Shown here in pieces: positions 9,976 through 21,137 of a stretch of DNA of 64,000 bases. A model generated the notes under the pieces. It made no database searches, was not told the DNA's origin, and worked only from the letters and a program-made list of their open reading frames with translations. Position 1 is the stretch's first letter, and the number at the start of each line of letters is the position of its first letter. Origin of the DNA: an uncultured Acidobacteriota bacterium. Its GTDB lineage: Bacteria > Acidobacteriota > Terriglobia > Acidiferrales > UBA7541. Location of the stretch: the NCBI GenBank assembly GCA_963782135.1, contig CAWAIG010000002.1, positions 456,756-520,755 on the forward strand, read 5' to 3'. Made by a program: the position numbers and the translations under genes.

Positions 9976-11232
9976 CTATCCGCGAGGCACGACAGCTTCC
10001 ACCGCGTCGCAGAACCGATCGATCTCCCCCATCGAGGTATAAACATTAGCGCTGACCCGGATCCCGCTGATGCCCGGTCCCGTGATGGGCGTAACGAAAA
10101 TGTTGTACTTGCTCAGCAGCGCTTCGCCGAGCTTGCCGGGTTCGATGGTGTCGAAGTGAATCGTGCCAAAGGCGCCAGACTGGCTGGCATCCAAGCTGAC
10201 AAGCATCTTGGCGCCAGGAACTTTGCTCAACCGTTCCCCCCACCGATTCTTCAGATACCTGAGCCGCGCAAATTTTCGCTCCGCACCCATTTGCTCGTGG
10301 AACTCCAGCGCTTGCAAAGTGGCGTTGTGCATTGCCGCAGGATGCGTCCCGATTTCCTCGAACTTCCGGATATTCTTGTCCATCGATGGCGGCGCGGCCA
10401 TCAGCGCCCAATGTTTTTCGATGCGGTCCTTTCGCACGTACAACATTCCAGTGCCGATCGGCGCCGACAGCCACTTGTGCAAGCTTGCGCCGTAAAAATC
10501 GCAGTCCAATTCGGAAAACTGGAACGGCACGTGCGCAAAAGCATGCGCCCCATCCACGATGCTGGTGATGCCCCGCCGCCGCGCCAGCGCACAAATCTCC
10601 TTTACGGGAAAGATCTGGCCCGTCATGAAACACACTTGCGACACGTGGATCACCCGCGTGCGCGGCGTGATTCCCTGCTCGTACAGGCGCACCAAATCCG
10701 CGCTATTCGTCACCGGCACGGCAAAATCCACTTGCTTCAACACAATCTTTTCCCGCCGCTCGCGCTGCTGCCACGTGGTAATCATCCGGGGATAATCCTG
10801 CGAAGTCGTCAGCACTTCGTCGCCCGGCGTCAGGTCCAGCCCAAACTGCGCAATCTGCAGCGATTCGCTCGCGTTCCGCGTGATCGCAATGCATTCGGGA
10901 TCGGCATTCCACATTCGGGCCAGGCGCGTCCGCACGTCTTCGATCTTGGGCTCCAAGTCATGCCACATGCGATAGCTGGGCAGTTGGTTGCTATATCGAA
11001 TGGCTTCGATCTCGGCTTCCAGCACTGGAGCCGGCGCCGGCGCAACTCCGCCATTGTTGAGATTCAGAATCGTTGGATCGTGCCCGTACGCGCCGCGGAT
11101 GCTCTTCCAGAAGTCTTCGTCGCCAGCCACCTCTTCCGGTGAAACATGCGCGTAAGCGCGGTTCAGAAAGCCAGCCACGACAATCGCCTCGGCCCCGAGC
11201 AAAAAGTTACGACGGTTCAGTTGTGTTTGCAT
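9976..11232 (-). CDS. Class V PLP-dependent aminotransferase (isopenicillin N epimerase-like) with Tat-like leader
   Basis: NRRNFL leader, LNLNNGG, DGAHAFAH and SLHKWLSAPIGTG PLP-lysine motif. Confidence 0.85.
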   Translation of the reverse strand: MQTQLNRRNFLLGAEAIVVAGFLNRAYAHVSPEEVAGDEDFWKSIRGAYGHDPTILNLNNGGVAPAPAPVLEAEIEAIRYSNQLPSYRMWHDLEPKIEDVRTRLARMWNADPECIAITRNASESLQIAQFGLDLTPGDEVLTTSQDYPRMITTWQQRERREKIVLKQVDFAVPVTNSADLVRLYEQGITPRTRVIHVSQVCFMTGQIFPVKEICALARRRGITSIVDGAHAFAHVPFQFSELDCDFYGASLHKWLSAPIGTGMLYVRKDRIEKHWALMAAPPSMDKNIRKFEEIGTHPAAMHNATLQALEFHEQMGAERKFARLRYLKNRWGERLSKVPGAKMLVSLDASQSGAFGTIHFDTIEPGKLGEALLSKYNIFVTPITGPGISGIRVSANVYTSMGEIDRFCDAVEAVVPRG

Positions 11233-11383
11233 GGCTGTAAACTCCCACCAACCGCCGCGAATTGCAAGCACACAATCTTGCGCCAGCTAGTCAGCCGTAC
11301 CAACGTCTCCGCGTATCGCGATTTGTTCTTGTGATAGCGGGCGGGGGAGTTGCGAATGTCATATACTCCGCAGAGGAGGCCCA

Positions 11384-11725
11384 ATGAAAAAGCTCTGCCT
11401 TCTGATGATGACGTTGTTGGTCGCGACTGCGTCTCTGGCGAAGACCCGCGATTGGAAAACAGCGAAGATAGAAGCGACTTCAGAAACCGATGTTTCGTGG
11501 AAACTCTGGGGTGAAAAAAGCACCATGCACTACACGATTGAGACCGAGGATATGATTTATTTCGCGGACTATACCTTCAAACCCGGCCAGCACAGCGATA
11601 GCCACCCGCCCAATATTGCAGTAAATGCCCTAACGAAAATCGCCATCGAGGGGAGACACGCCTACGTTCTCGACGTCGCTGGCAAAGAAGTGAAGCTTCA
11701 CATCGTGAGGAAGACAAAGAAGTAG
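11384..11725 (+). CDS. Secreted hypothetical protein
   Basis: GAGGAGG RBS; signal peptide MKKLCLLMMTLLVATASLA. Confidence 0.7.
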   Translation: MKKLCLLMMTLLVATASLAKTRDWKTAKIEATSETDVSWKLWGEKSTMHYTIETEDMIYFADYTFKPGQHSDSHPPNIAVNALTKIAIEGRHAYVLDVAGKEVKLHIVRKTKK

Positions 11726-11980
11726 TGCCGTCCAAGTTCCTCCGAGTTCCTAAGTATCCTGCGGCGGCTCGCCGCGCCGCGTAAGCGCCTGGCCGCGCGA
11801 TTCTGTTTTTGCGGGGGTCGCGTCCTTTCGTCGCTGTTAGCTGTCCGCTGTAGGCTTTCGGTCCCTCGTGCTTCCCTCTTGTCTGTGTCCTCTGCGCACT
11901 CTACGTCAAATTCCCCATTCCACTTCGCTCCACACTTCATTGTCTTAGGGCCCCCAACAAAGCCATGCTACAGTCGTTCT

Positions 11981-12157
11981 ATGAACTCCGACCACAAAAA
12001 CCCCATCCTATGGTCGCTTGTTTTTGCGTTGGCCATGGTGGCTTCGGCCTTTCTCTTCAAAGGCAATCCAGCTCTATACTGGATTGAAGCTGGCCTCGCA
12101 GTAGCCGCACTCACCTTCGTCATTCTGAAGCCCCATCGTCGCGTCGTTCCCCGCTAG
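11981..12157 (+). CDS. Small two-TM membrane protein
   Basis: MNSDHKNPILWSLVFALAMVASAFL...IEAGLAVAALTFVIL, two hydrophobic segments. Confidence 0.55.
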   Translation: MNSDHKNPILWSLVFALAMVASAFLFKGNPALYWIEAGLAVAALTFVILKPHRRVVPR

Positions 12158-12380
12158 GGCGGGATTTGTTCGCGGAAGACTGTGGGGGATGAACTCCCCC
12201 TTTTCTTTGTGTCCTCTGCGCTCTCTGTGCCCTCGGCGTAAAATCCCCACCCCCACCCCCGGCTAATCGCAGATTTCCCTTGCCAGCGGATCCCTAACTT
12301 TGGTACTCTTTCCTTGGGTAAAACCATGCCTCGCTTCCTGCGAGGCATTTTTATTTCAACTCAACCTTTAGGAGACTTTC

Positions 12381-12914
12381 ATGTCCTCTGTCATCTCACA
12401 GGTCCGCGTCAACGTGTGTCTTTACACCTTCGCCGATGGACGCCGTTGCCGCACTCCCCGTTCCCGTACCCATGCCTATTACTGCTTCTTCCATGCCCGC
12501 AAGGAAGCCCAGGCCAAAGCCGCCGAAGATCTCGGTAAAGACCTGTCCTATCTCTTCTCGGGAAACTACCACTCCGCGTGCGATCTCACCACCGCCCTCG
12601 GTCAAATCATTCCCGCTGTCGTTCAGGGAACCATCGACCCCAAAACCGCCACTGCCGTTGGCTTTCTCTCCCAGATGATGCTCCAGGCCATCCCTCTCGC
12701 CCAGCAGGAATATCTAAAGACCTTCGGCCAAAACAGTTGGTCCAATGCCGTCCAGAACTCCGTCAACGAGAACCACAACTATCTCTATCCGCCTCCTCCC
12801 TCACAGCAAGCCCCGAACCAGCTCCCAAATCCGGCAGGCCCACCGACTCCGCCCCAACTCCAGGACGCCACCTCCGCCGAGGAAACCGAAACTGTGGCCA
12901 CCTCCGTATCTTGA
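12381..12914 (+). CDS. Hypothetical protein with N-terminal C-x9-C-x11-C-x2-H putative zinc finger
   Basis: AGGAGA RBS; CLYTFADGRRCRTPRSRTHAYYCFFH; Pro/Gln-rich tail. Confidence 0.65.
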   Translation: MSSVISQVRVNVCLYTFADGRRCRTPRSRTHAYYCFFHARKEAQAKAAEDLGKDLSYLFSGNYHSACDLTTALGQIIPAVVQGTIDPKTATAVGFLSQMMLQAIPLAQQEYLKTFGQNSWSNAVQNSVNENHNYLYPPPPSQQAPNQLPNPAGPPTPPQLQDATSAEETETVATSVS

Positions 12915-13016
12915 GCGCTGGAGGTAGGTGAGTCGAACCGGGCCTAGAACTAGGCCCTCTGGTCTGTTTATCGCGAAAAAGGCTTGCGCCTGATGCGAGA
13001 AGAAAGGAAGGAACCC

Positions 13017-13397
13017 ATGGGAATCCTGGAATCTGCAAAGCCTGCAATCATCATTTGCACGAGGGACCGTGCCCGCGCCACCGCATTCTATCGCGACACC
13101 CTGGGACTGACACTGGCCTGCGAGGACGACTTCGCCGCTGTCTTCAACATCGGCGGAGTCACCCTCCGCGTCTCCGTCGTTGCCGATTTCACCCCGCACG
13201 AGCACACCATCCTCGGCTTCCACGTTCCGGACGTTGCCGCGACCGTCGCATCCCTGCGCCAAAACGGCGTAATCTTCAACCGCTACCCTCGCTTCACTCA
13301 GGACGAACAAGGCATCTGGACCGCCCCCGGAGGAACCATCAAGGTGGCGTGGATGAAGGACCCCGATGGCAATGTGCTGAGCGTGACCAACGCCTGA
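13017..13397 (+). CDS. VOC/glyoxalase family protein
   Basis: RATAFYRDTLGL, LGFHVPDV and VAWMKDPDGNVLSV motifs. Confidence 0.9.
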   Translation: MGILESAKPAIIICTRDRARATAFYRDTLGLTLACEDDFAAVFNIGGVTLRVSVVADFTPHEHTILGFHVPDVAATVASLRQNGVIFNRYPRFTQDEQGIWTAPGGTIKVAWMKDPDGNVLSVTNA

Positions 13398-13454
13398 AAC
13401 AGGCGTGTCAAAGTGGTGTGGGCTGTCACGCTCTTGCGTCGTTTCGAGGCACCT

Positions 13455-13551
13455 ATAAGTCCTCTAAAATCAACACTTGCAAAAGTGTTTAAAAACAAAG
13501 CACTTTAACTATCTTTAGAATCAACACTTACAAAAAACCGAGGGGGGAGGG
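13455..13551. repeat. ~97-bp interspersed element (two AATCAACACTT units + A-run + G-run); second copy at 63098-63193
   Basis: Direct alignment by eye of 13455-13551 with 63098-63193. Confidence 0.8.
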
Positions 13552-13602
13552 TCTGATTATTGCCAGCCAGATGAGTGGCACAGAATTCAGTCTGTGCGGC
13601 TT

Positions 13603-14553
13603 TCAACCGAGGGCTGCTCGCTCGGCTCTCATTAGCTTCCACCCTAGCAGACCGCAAACCACAAACCCGACCGCATTGAGCACGCCATGAAACTCCGCCA
13701 TCTGCCGAATATTCACAAACGCCTGCAACGGATATTCCCCGATGGCCCAAACCGCCGCCAGAGTCATCCCGGCCGCGACGGACCCGCCAGCCACAAAGAG
13801 TAGCCAGCGCCCGCTGATGTTCTTCGCTGCTATGCCAGCGCGGACCATTCCGCCGGCGAGCCCGAGTTGGCCCAACGCAATCAGCAGCGCCGCCGCCAGC
13901 TTCCACTTTGGTCCAAGCAAAAACGCCAAACCCAAGATCCCCGGCCCTAAAACAACGGCCACCAAAGCCGCGCGGAGCATTCGACGCCCTCTATGCCCAA
14001 CAAAGGCCCCATCCACAAGCCCGGCAAGCACCGCGGAAGCGAATCCCGCAAAATGAAAATGGACGGCTGTCAGCAAAACGATGGGCTCGCGAAACGCCAG
14101 GAGCGGCACCCCGGCTCGCGACGCGACCAGCCACGTGCCGGCAACCAACAAATAACCTTCTCCGGCTGCAAAACAAAATTGCATGAAGGACTTCGTCCCC
14201 AAAGCCGCAAACCGCCGCAACCCATCTCCCGCAAACCCGGCACACACCAAGAGCCAGGAACTCGCGAACCAGGCCGCAACTACTCGGTCGCCGAGAAAGA
14301 AGGAAACAGTAGCCAAGGAGGCTGCTGCGACCAGCCCCCAGTCCAGAACGACGCTCTGCCTGGAAGTTCCTGCGCCGCGCACCAAATCTGCGCCGAGCGG
14401 CACCACAATCCACGGACCAAGCAAGAAAAGCACTTCGATGACGCCGAGGTGAACTCGAGACGCGAAACTCGCCAGCGCAAGCGCGAGCCAAATTGCTCCG
14501 CCAAGCAATACGGGCGGACTAAGGGCGCCACGACTTCTGAATTCCTGGCTCAT
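13603..14553 (-). CDS. YndJ-like multi-pass membrane protein
   Basis: IVLLTAVHFHFAGF and MAEFHGVLNAVGF motifs; many TM segments. Confidence 0.75.
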   Translation of the reverse strand: MSQEFRSRGALSPPVLLGGAIWLALALASFASRVHLGVIEVLFLLGPWIVVPLGADLVRGAGTSRQSVVLDWGLVAAASLATVSFFLGDRVVAAWFASSWLLVCAGFAGDGLRRFAALGTKSFMQFCFAAGEGYLLVAGTWLVASRAGVPLLAFREPIVLLTAVHFHFAGFASAVLAGLVDGAFVGHRGRRMLRAALVAVVLGPGILGLAFLLGPKWKLAAALLIALGQLGLAGGMVRAGIAAKNISGRWLLFVAGGSVAAGMTLAAVWAIGEYPLQAFVNIRQMAEFHGVLNAVGFVVCGLLGWKLMRAERAALG

Positions 14554-14713
14554 TTCAGTTTCCGCGATACGAAACAATTTGCAGAGCAATCGCGATTTGC
14601 ACCAAGCCCTCCAGCCGCAGGATGGATCTTCGAGCGTGCATGAACAGCTCCTCTTATTCCTGAAGCTACCCGCAAATCTTCCCAAGAATTTTGTTCGGCA
14701 GAATCTTGATTGT

Positions 14714-15070
14714 TCAGCGTGACGGATTCGCCTCTCTACCTGGCTTGCTGGTGGGAATGAATCTAAACAACATGAGCGCCAGAAAGCTCAGCGTCACCAC
14801 AAAGCCGACTAGCCCGTATTTGAGTTGCGCCGCCATCTCGAAAACAATGCTCTTGCTAGACCCCAACTCCGGTGTGTATTCAAGGGCAAAAATCAACGGG
14901 ACAAGGATGAGTGCTACGTTTGAAAACGCCAGCCAGAAGCTTGCTCGTTCAGCAGTTCCGCAAAGCTCGATCAGCAGAGTCCGCAAATGCTTGTTGACGT
15001 ATGCGACGATGCCCATGCACGCGAAAACTACTAGCAAACTATCGGCCACAAACGCTGCTGTGGGACTCAT
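14714..15070 (-). CDS. Hypothetical three-TM membrane protein
   Basis: AGGAG RBS; LRTLLIELCGTAERASFW; hydrophobic segments; co-oriented with neighbours. Confidence 0.7.
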   Translation of the reverse strand: MSPTAAFVADSLLVVFACMGIVAYVNKHLRTLLIELCGTAERASFWLAFSNVALILVPLIFALEYTPELGSSKSIVFEMAAQLKYGLVGFVVTLSFLALMLFRFIPTSKPGREANPSR

Positions 15071-15094
15071 ATCGAGGATCCTCCTTTTGACTCA

Positions 15095-15514
15095 CTATGC
15101 TCGCTTTATTGCTCCGGGAACCGCACAACTCACCGCGGCACAACTTCGGTGCATCGCGATCGAGCGGTACCAACTCCTCAGCGCCCCCATCCCTCCTGGA
15201 ATTCTGCTGAACCAAACCAGCGGCCGCGACCACCAAATTTCGTGCGCCAAAGCCACCGCCGCGTCCGCTCCACCAAACTGCCGCCCGTCCGAAAGCAAAA
15301 GCCGGATCTCGCGCAACAGCTCTTCCCGCGACATTCCCAACAAAGCCCCAACGCGCGGATCCTGCAAGGGCGCCACCGCAAGTCCTCTGCGTTCCAAAAT
15401 CGGCGCCAGCCATCGCGCAATGCGCGTGCAAAACGCGCACTCCGCGTCAAAAAACAACCACCCTCTGGCGTGCCGCCCTTTTCCGTCCGTAAACTCCGAT
15501 GTCAGCGAAATCAT
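15095..15514 (-). CDS. DCC1-like thiol-disulfide oxidoreductase (DUF393)
   Basis: FFDAECAFC (DxxCxxC), [19 protein letters not shown]. Confidence 0.85.
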   Translation of the reverse strand: MISLTSEFTDGKGRHARGWLFFDAECAFCTRIARWLAPILERRGLAVAPLQDPRVGALLGMSREELLREIRLLLSDGRQFGGADAAVALAHEIWWSRPLVWFSRIPGGMGALRSWYRSIAMHRSCAAVSCAVPGAIKRA

Positions 15515-15648
15515 TTTGCTAGGACAGACATTCCTGCCTGTCTCCCTTCTTTGTCTGCGAATCTCAGCGTCCTCTGCGTCTCTGCTTTGTCTTTTTCTTC
15601 TCTGTGCCCTGTGCGTTCTCTCCAAACTCTGTAAACCTTTTGATCTTT

Positions 15649-16212
15649 TCAGCCGTTGGCCGCCTTCTTCCCAAGCAGCGTCACCACCTTCCCTCGCAGC
15701 CTCCCCACGCCCTTCAGCGCCGCAGCGGGCATTCGCAACACTTCGTCAAACAACCCTGTCATCACCGTCAAGAACTCCAGCATGCTTTCCAGCCGCTCCC
15801 GCGTGTACGCGTCGCCTTCCCCGTTCTGATGAGCTTTCGCTTCCTTCACACATTCCGCAAGCACGCGCAGAGTCGGATCGATCTCCCGCCGCTTCCGCTC
15901 CTCCGAAACAATTCGGAAAATCTCCCAAACATCTTTGATGGACTCAAAGTGGTCGCGCCGGTCGCCCAAAACGTGCACAACTCGCACAATCCCCCACCCC
16001 TGCAGCTCGCGCAAACAAGTACTCACATTCGACCGCGCCACCGCAAGCGTAGTGGAAATCTCATCGGCGGGCAGCGGCAGCGGCGAGAGAAAAAGGAGGG
16101 CGTGGACCTGCGCCACGGTGCGGTTAATGCCCCAGCGGGTGCCCATCTCGCCCCAGTGCAGGATGAATTTCTGAGCTACTGGCGACAGCGTTGCTTTTGT
16201 AGTATCTGTCAT
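15649..16212 (-). CDS. GbsR/MarR family transcriptional regulator
   Basis: [49 protein letters not shown]. Confidence 0.88.
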   Translation of the reverse strand: MTDTTKATLSPVAQKFILHWGEMGTRWGINRTVAQVHALLFLSPLPLPADEISTTLAVARSNVSTCLRELQGWGIVRVVHVLGDRRDHFESIKDVWEIFRIVSEERKRREIDPTLRVLAECVKEAKAHQNGEGDAYTRERLESMLEFLTVMTGLFDEVLRMPAAALKGVGRLRGKVVTLLGKKAANG

Positions 16213-16219
16213 TTCTGTT

Positions 16220-16264
16220 ATTTCTCTCTATACTGAAATTACCGTAGAGACGGCTGTTTGTCAA
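16220..16264 (-). promoter_or_regulatory. Sigma70-type promoter with overlapping imperfect palindrome (putative autoregulatory operator)
   Basis: Minus strand TTGACA-17nt-TAATTT; ATTTC-N10-GAAAT at 16220-16239 overlaps the -10 element. Confidence 0.6.
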
Positions 16265-16347
16265 GACCTTTTTCTGCCCCGCTGGGCACGCTTGTCAGTG
16301 GCAAGGGCGGAGGAGCACATCCTTGAGCCGTTTCTTTTCGGTACTTC

Positions 16348-17361
16348 GTGGCGGTGAGGAAACAGGTGCGGAACATCACACCTGTCCCTTTTCCGCCCTT
16401 CCCTGCCATTTACACGCGGCTCGCCATTTGCCAAGGTATTGCTTGCGAAGGTGATGCAAGTGGTGACGTTGTGCGCTTAGGTTTTTCCGGTATTTGCAGA
16501 CACAATTCCGCCGTGATCGGAACGCTAGCCGCTCTCGCACTACTCTGCGCGGTAAGCCCCTTCGCAACTCGCTTGATGGAAGCTCAGGCAAATCCCGCCG
16601 ACGATTCTGCCTCAGCGGCCCTCTGTCCCATCGTTTACCCCGACGATCAGACTCCGGTCGCCCGTGGCTACCATTACACATTTTTCGGCAACGCATTCTT
16701 TATCAACGAAGATGGATATCTGCTCACCGTCGCTCACGTCCTCGAAACGTTTCGCTACGGCGGCCAGGCGTACATTCTCGTGAATCGCCCCAACTCCCCT
16801 CCCAAATTGCTCCAAGTCAGCGTGATCGCCAAGGATTCTCAGCACGACGTAGCCATTCTTCGCGCTACGCCGAATCCATTCGTAGGCAGCTACAAAGTTG
16901 CGTTTCTTCCGCTAGCTGCTGGCCCTGTCGTTCGGGGACAATCGGTGCTCGCGCTTTCGCTCCATCCGCAAAGGATTCAGGATGCGCACAGTTTCGATTC
17001 CGAACGCGAGGATTCGTCTCCGGGCACAGTCTTGACTCTCGAATCCACGCAACTCGAAAAGTCTGCCCCAGCGGTCAATATCTTTCTGCTCAGCCATCCG
17101 GTCGTGAAAGGCCAGAGCGGTTCTCCGGTGCTGGATGCCGACTCGCGCGCGGTCGTCGGCCTTGTTGAAGGCCTGTGGTTGCGCGGAACACCAGTAGGTC
17201 TGGCCAAGTCCGCCGCCCCGTCGACTTCCACTCCAGGAGCCGCCATCCCCATTGAATACGCTCTCAAGCTTCTCAAAGAACACAACATCTCTTGGCGCTC
17301 GGTAACGACCTCTCCAACTTCCGCACCGCCTTTAGCTCCATCTTCGTCGCGGCCGCACTAG
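16348..17361 (+). CDS. Trypsin-like serine protease, probably exported (start uncertain)
   Basis: LLTVAHV, HDVAIL and GQSGSPV catalytic triad motifs. Confidence 0.8.
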   Translation: MAVRKQVRNITPVPFPPFPAIYTRLAICQGIACEGDASGDVVRLGFSGICRHNSAVIGTLAALALLCAVSPFATRLMEAQANPADDSASAALCPIVYPDDQTPVARGYHYTFFGNAFFINEDGYLLTVAHVLETFRYGGQAYILVNRPNSPPKLLQVSVIAKDSQHDVAILRATPNPFVGSYKVAFLPLAAGPVVRGQSVLALSLHPQRIQDAHSFDSEREDSSPGTVLTLESTQLEKSAPAVNIFLLSHPVVKGQSGSPVLDADSRAVVGLVEGLWLRGTPVGLAKSAAPSTSTPGAAIPIEYALKLLKEHNISWRSVTTSPTSAPPLAPSSSRPH

Positions 17362-17460
17362 CGACTCCAACAGCACAGGCTAAGCCTCTGCCACACAGTC
17401 CCGCACGATTTGATCGGGATTTTGAAATCAAGAATGAATGCTGAAATTAAGATGAGCCAA

Positions 17461-18420
17461 CTAAGGAACGACGACTAACCTGCGACCGCGTTCCTCGCGC
17501 GTCCACGCTTTCTCGATATCGGCGAGCGGAACTTGATTCGTCTCGATACGCAGTGTGCCTGCCGCGCCCCAGTCCAAGACTTGGTGCATCGCGGCGACAA
17601 GAACATCGCGCGAAGGGATTCCCGCAGTGCCGAGGATGGTCAGAGCTGTGCTGCGCAAGACCGCTGCGGGAAGCGCGATTGTCGGTCCGGCGCTCTCCCC
17701 TACTTGCACGAGGCGCGTCTCGGAATTTACAACGGCAAATTCTGGGCGCGTGATGGCGGAGAGTAGAACCTCGGTGGGCCGCCCCCAAACGTAATCAATC
17801 ACAACGTTGAAACCAGCTTCGCCGGCTTCTTGCGCGAATGCTTTCTTCAGATCGTCATCCGGCTGGTTGAGCTGAATGATCGAATCGGCTCCAAGGTCGC
17901 GCAATTTCTCCAAGGCCTGCGGATTGCGGCCAGAAGCGATCACTCGCCCGGCACCGAGCTGCTTTGCAATTTGCACCGCCAGCTTGCCTGTCACTCCGGT
18001 GGCGCCGAGGATGAGTACTTTTTCGCCTCTTGCGAGCTTGGCGCGGTGACTCAGCGAAAGCAGAGCGGACACGCCAGGATTCGGGAGCGCCGCAGCTGTC
18101 GCGTCATCTAGGGCGTCCGGCACGGGGAAACAAAACGCTGTGGGCACGACGGTGCGCTGCGCCATCGCGCCATAAGGGCGGCGCGGCCCACCGAAGAAGA
18201 CTCTGGTGCCATCGGGGAGATTGCCAACGCCATCGGTGCCGCAGATCACAGGCAACTCGCGTGGACTGGCGAAGTGAGTGCCGGCGGCAAGCTGTTTGTC
18301 CACGGCCTTGAGCGATGCCGCGCGCACTTGCACGATGGCTTCTTCGTTGCGTGCGGAGGGCTCGGAGAAGTCCTCGAAGCGGGGAGGCTTCCCTAACTCA
18401 TGTAAGACCGCCGCCTTCAT
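17461..18420 (-). CDS. MDR family quinone oxidoreductase-like protein
   Basis: MKAAVLHELG, GTDGVG, LGATGVTG. Confidence 0.88.
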   Translation of the reverse strand: MKAAVLHELGKPPRFEDFSEPSARNEEAIVQVRAASLKAVDKQLAAGTHFASPRELPVICGTDGVGNLPDGTRVFFGGPRRPYGAMAQRTVVPTAFCFPVPDALDDATAAALPNPGVSALLSLSHRAKLARGEKVLILGATGVTGKLAVQIAKQLGAGRVIASGRNPQALEKLRDLGADSIIQLNQPDDDLKKAFAQEAGEAGFNVVIDYVWGRPTEVLLSAITRPEFAVVNSETRLVQVGESAGPTIALPAAVLRSTALTILGTAGIPSRDVLVAAMHQVLDWGAAGTLRIETNQVPLADIEKAWTREERGRRLVVVP

Positions 18421-18641
18421 TATTCAATTCGCTCCTCTCGCAAATCGTTCGCGCACGTGCCTTATTTATTTTCCGGGTATTGCAGTATGCCATCGATAGG
18501 CACCAGCCGTTCGCCTTCTGCGCTGTGCGCGGCCGCCAGGCACTTTTACTCACGCTCACCACTTGGCGTGCTTTTAAGAGGCCGTTGCTCGCGGCAAACA
18601 TTTGTGCTGTCATAGCATTCTTCGTAAAACGGAGATCTCGC

Positions 18642-20137
<1,496 letters not shown>

Positions 20138-20161
20138 GACACGAGTAACGAGGAGCTGAAC

Positions 20162-20641
20162 ATGACAAAATTGCTTTCGCTCGGCGTAGTGTCTTTGTTT
20201 ATCGGCATGACCGCAATGACGCTGTCCGGCAACCAGGATCGCGGTGGAAACGAGGGCATCCGCGGACGGTTTGTGGGGGCGTGGCGGCCGGCCTGGCTCG
20301 AAGGGGAAGGCGCAGACGGGAAAATTCACAGGGCCGACTCTACCGGACTGCTGGTCTTCACACGCGACGGCCACATGTCGGTCCAGGTCATGGAACGCAA
20401 CCCGCAGGCACAAACCCCTGCTGGGCCTGAGCAGTATTCGCAAGGCGGGTACGAGGCCTCCTTTGGCACCTATGAAATCGACGAAAGCACGCACACCTTC
20501 ACCTTCCACGTTGAGGGCGCACTGGTGCGGAGCCTTATCGGCAAAGACCTGCCGCGCGCATTCGAGTTCTCGGGAAGGCAGCTCCTTGTGAAGTCGACGC
20601 GCCCAGAGGAACACTGGAGAGTTGCTTGGGAGCATTACTAG
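20162..20641 (+). CDS. Lipocalin-like domain protein
   Basis: Signal peptide; FVGAW, FTRDGHMSVQVM, ASFGTYEID. Confidence 0.75.
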   Translation: MTKLLSLGVVSLFIGMTAMTLSGNQDRGGNEGIRGRFVGAWRPAWLEGEGADGKIHRADSTGLLVFTRDGHMSVQVMERNPQAQTPAGPEQYSQGGYEASFGTYEIDESTHTFTFHVEGALVRSLIGKDLPRAFEFSGRQLLVKSTRPEEHWRVAWEHY

Positions 20642-20689
20642 GGCGCCCCTGCAAATCATTACGCCGAAGCGCGAGGAATAGGAGGGCAC

Positions 20690-21052
20690 ATGGCAGCGGG
20701 GAACGATGCTTTAAAGGACAGACTTTCCCGGTCTCGCGAGATTAACATTAGCGTGACGGGCAGAAAGTCAGGGCGCGCCATCTCGATGCCAGTCTGGTTC
20801 GTGTTGGATGACGAGAGGCTGTACCTCTTGCCTGTGCAGGGGTCCGACACGCAGTGGTATAAGAACGTGCTCAAGAAGCCGTCGATCCGAATTGAGGCGG
20901 GAAGCGCGGAGGCTGAACTCAAGGTTGTTCCGGTTACTGATGCCAAACAGGTTTCGTCCGTGGTCGGCAAATTCCGCGACAAGTACGGCGCTGGCGACGT
21001 GAAGAAGTACTATTCAAAGTTCGACGTTGCCGTCCTCGCTCAAGTGCAGTGA
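20690..21052 (+). CDS. Split-barrel nitroreductase/deazaflavin-dependent-like protein
   Basis: VTGRKSG...PVWFV...DTQWYKNV...FRDKYG. Confidence 0.7.
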   Translation: MAAGNDALKDRLSRSREINISVTGRKSGRAISMPVWFVLDDERLYLLPVQGSDTQWYKNVLKKPSIRIEAGSAEAELKVVPVTDAKQVSSVVGKFRDKYGAGDVKKYYSKFDVAVLAQVQ

Positions 21053-21137
21053 GGGCCACAAACTAGGGCGATAATCTGAGACCGCGCACGGATATACGGC
21101 GTCAAGGACTGTGAGGACGGACGAGGAGAAAATTGCG

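Noticed and set aside
9877-11142. 421-aa + strand ORF
   Set aside because: Antisense shadow of the class V aminotransferase; no motifs.
14691-15938. 415-aa + strand ORF
   Set aside because: Antisense to three recognisable minus-strand genes.
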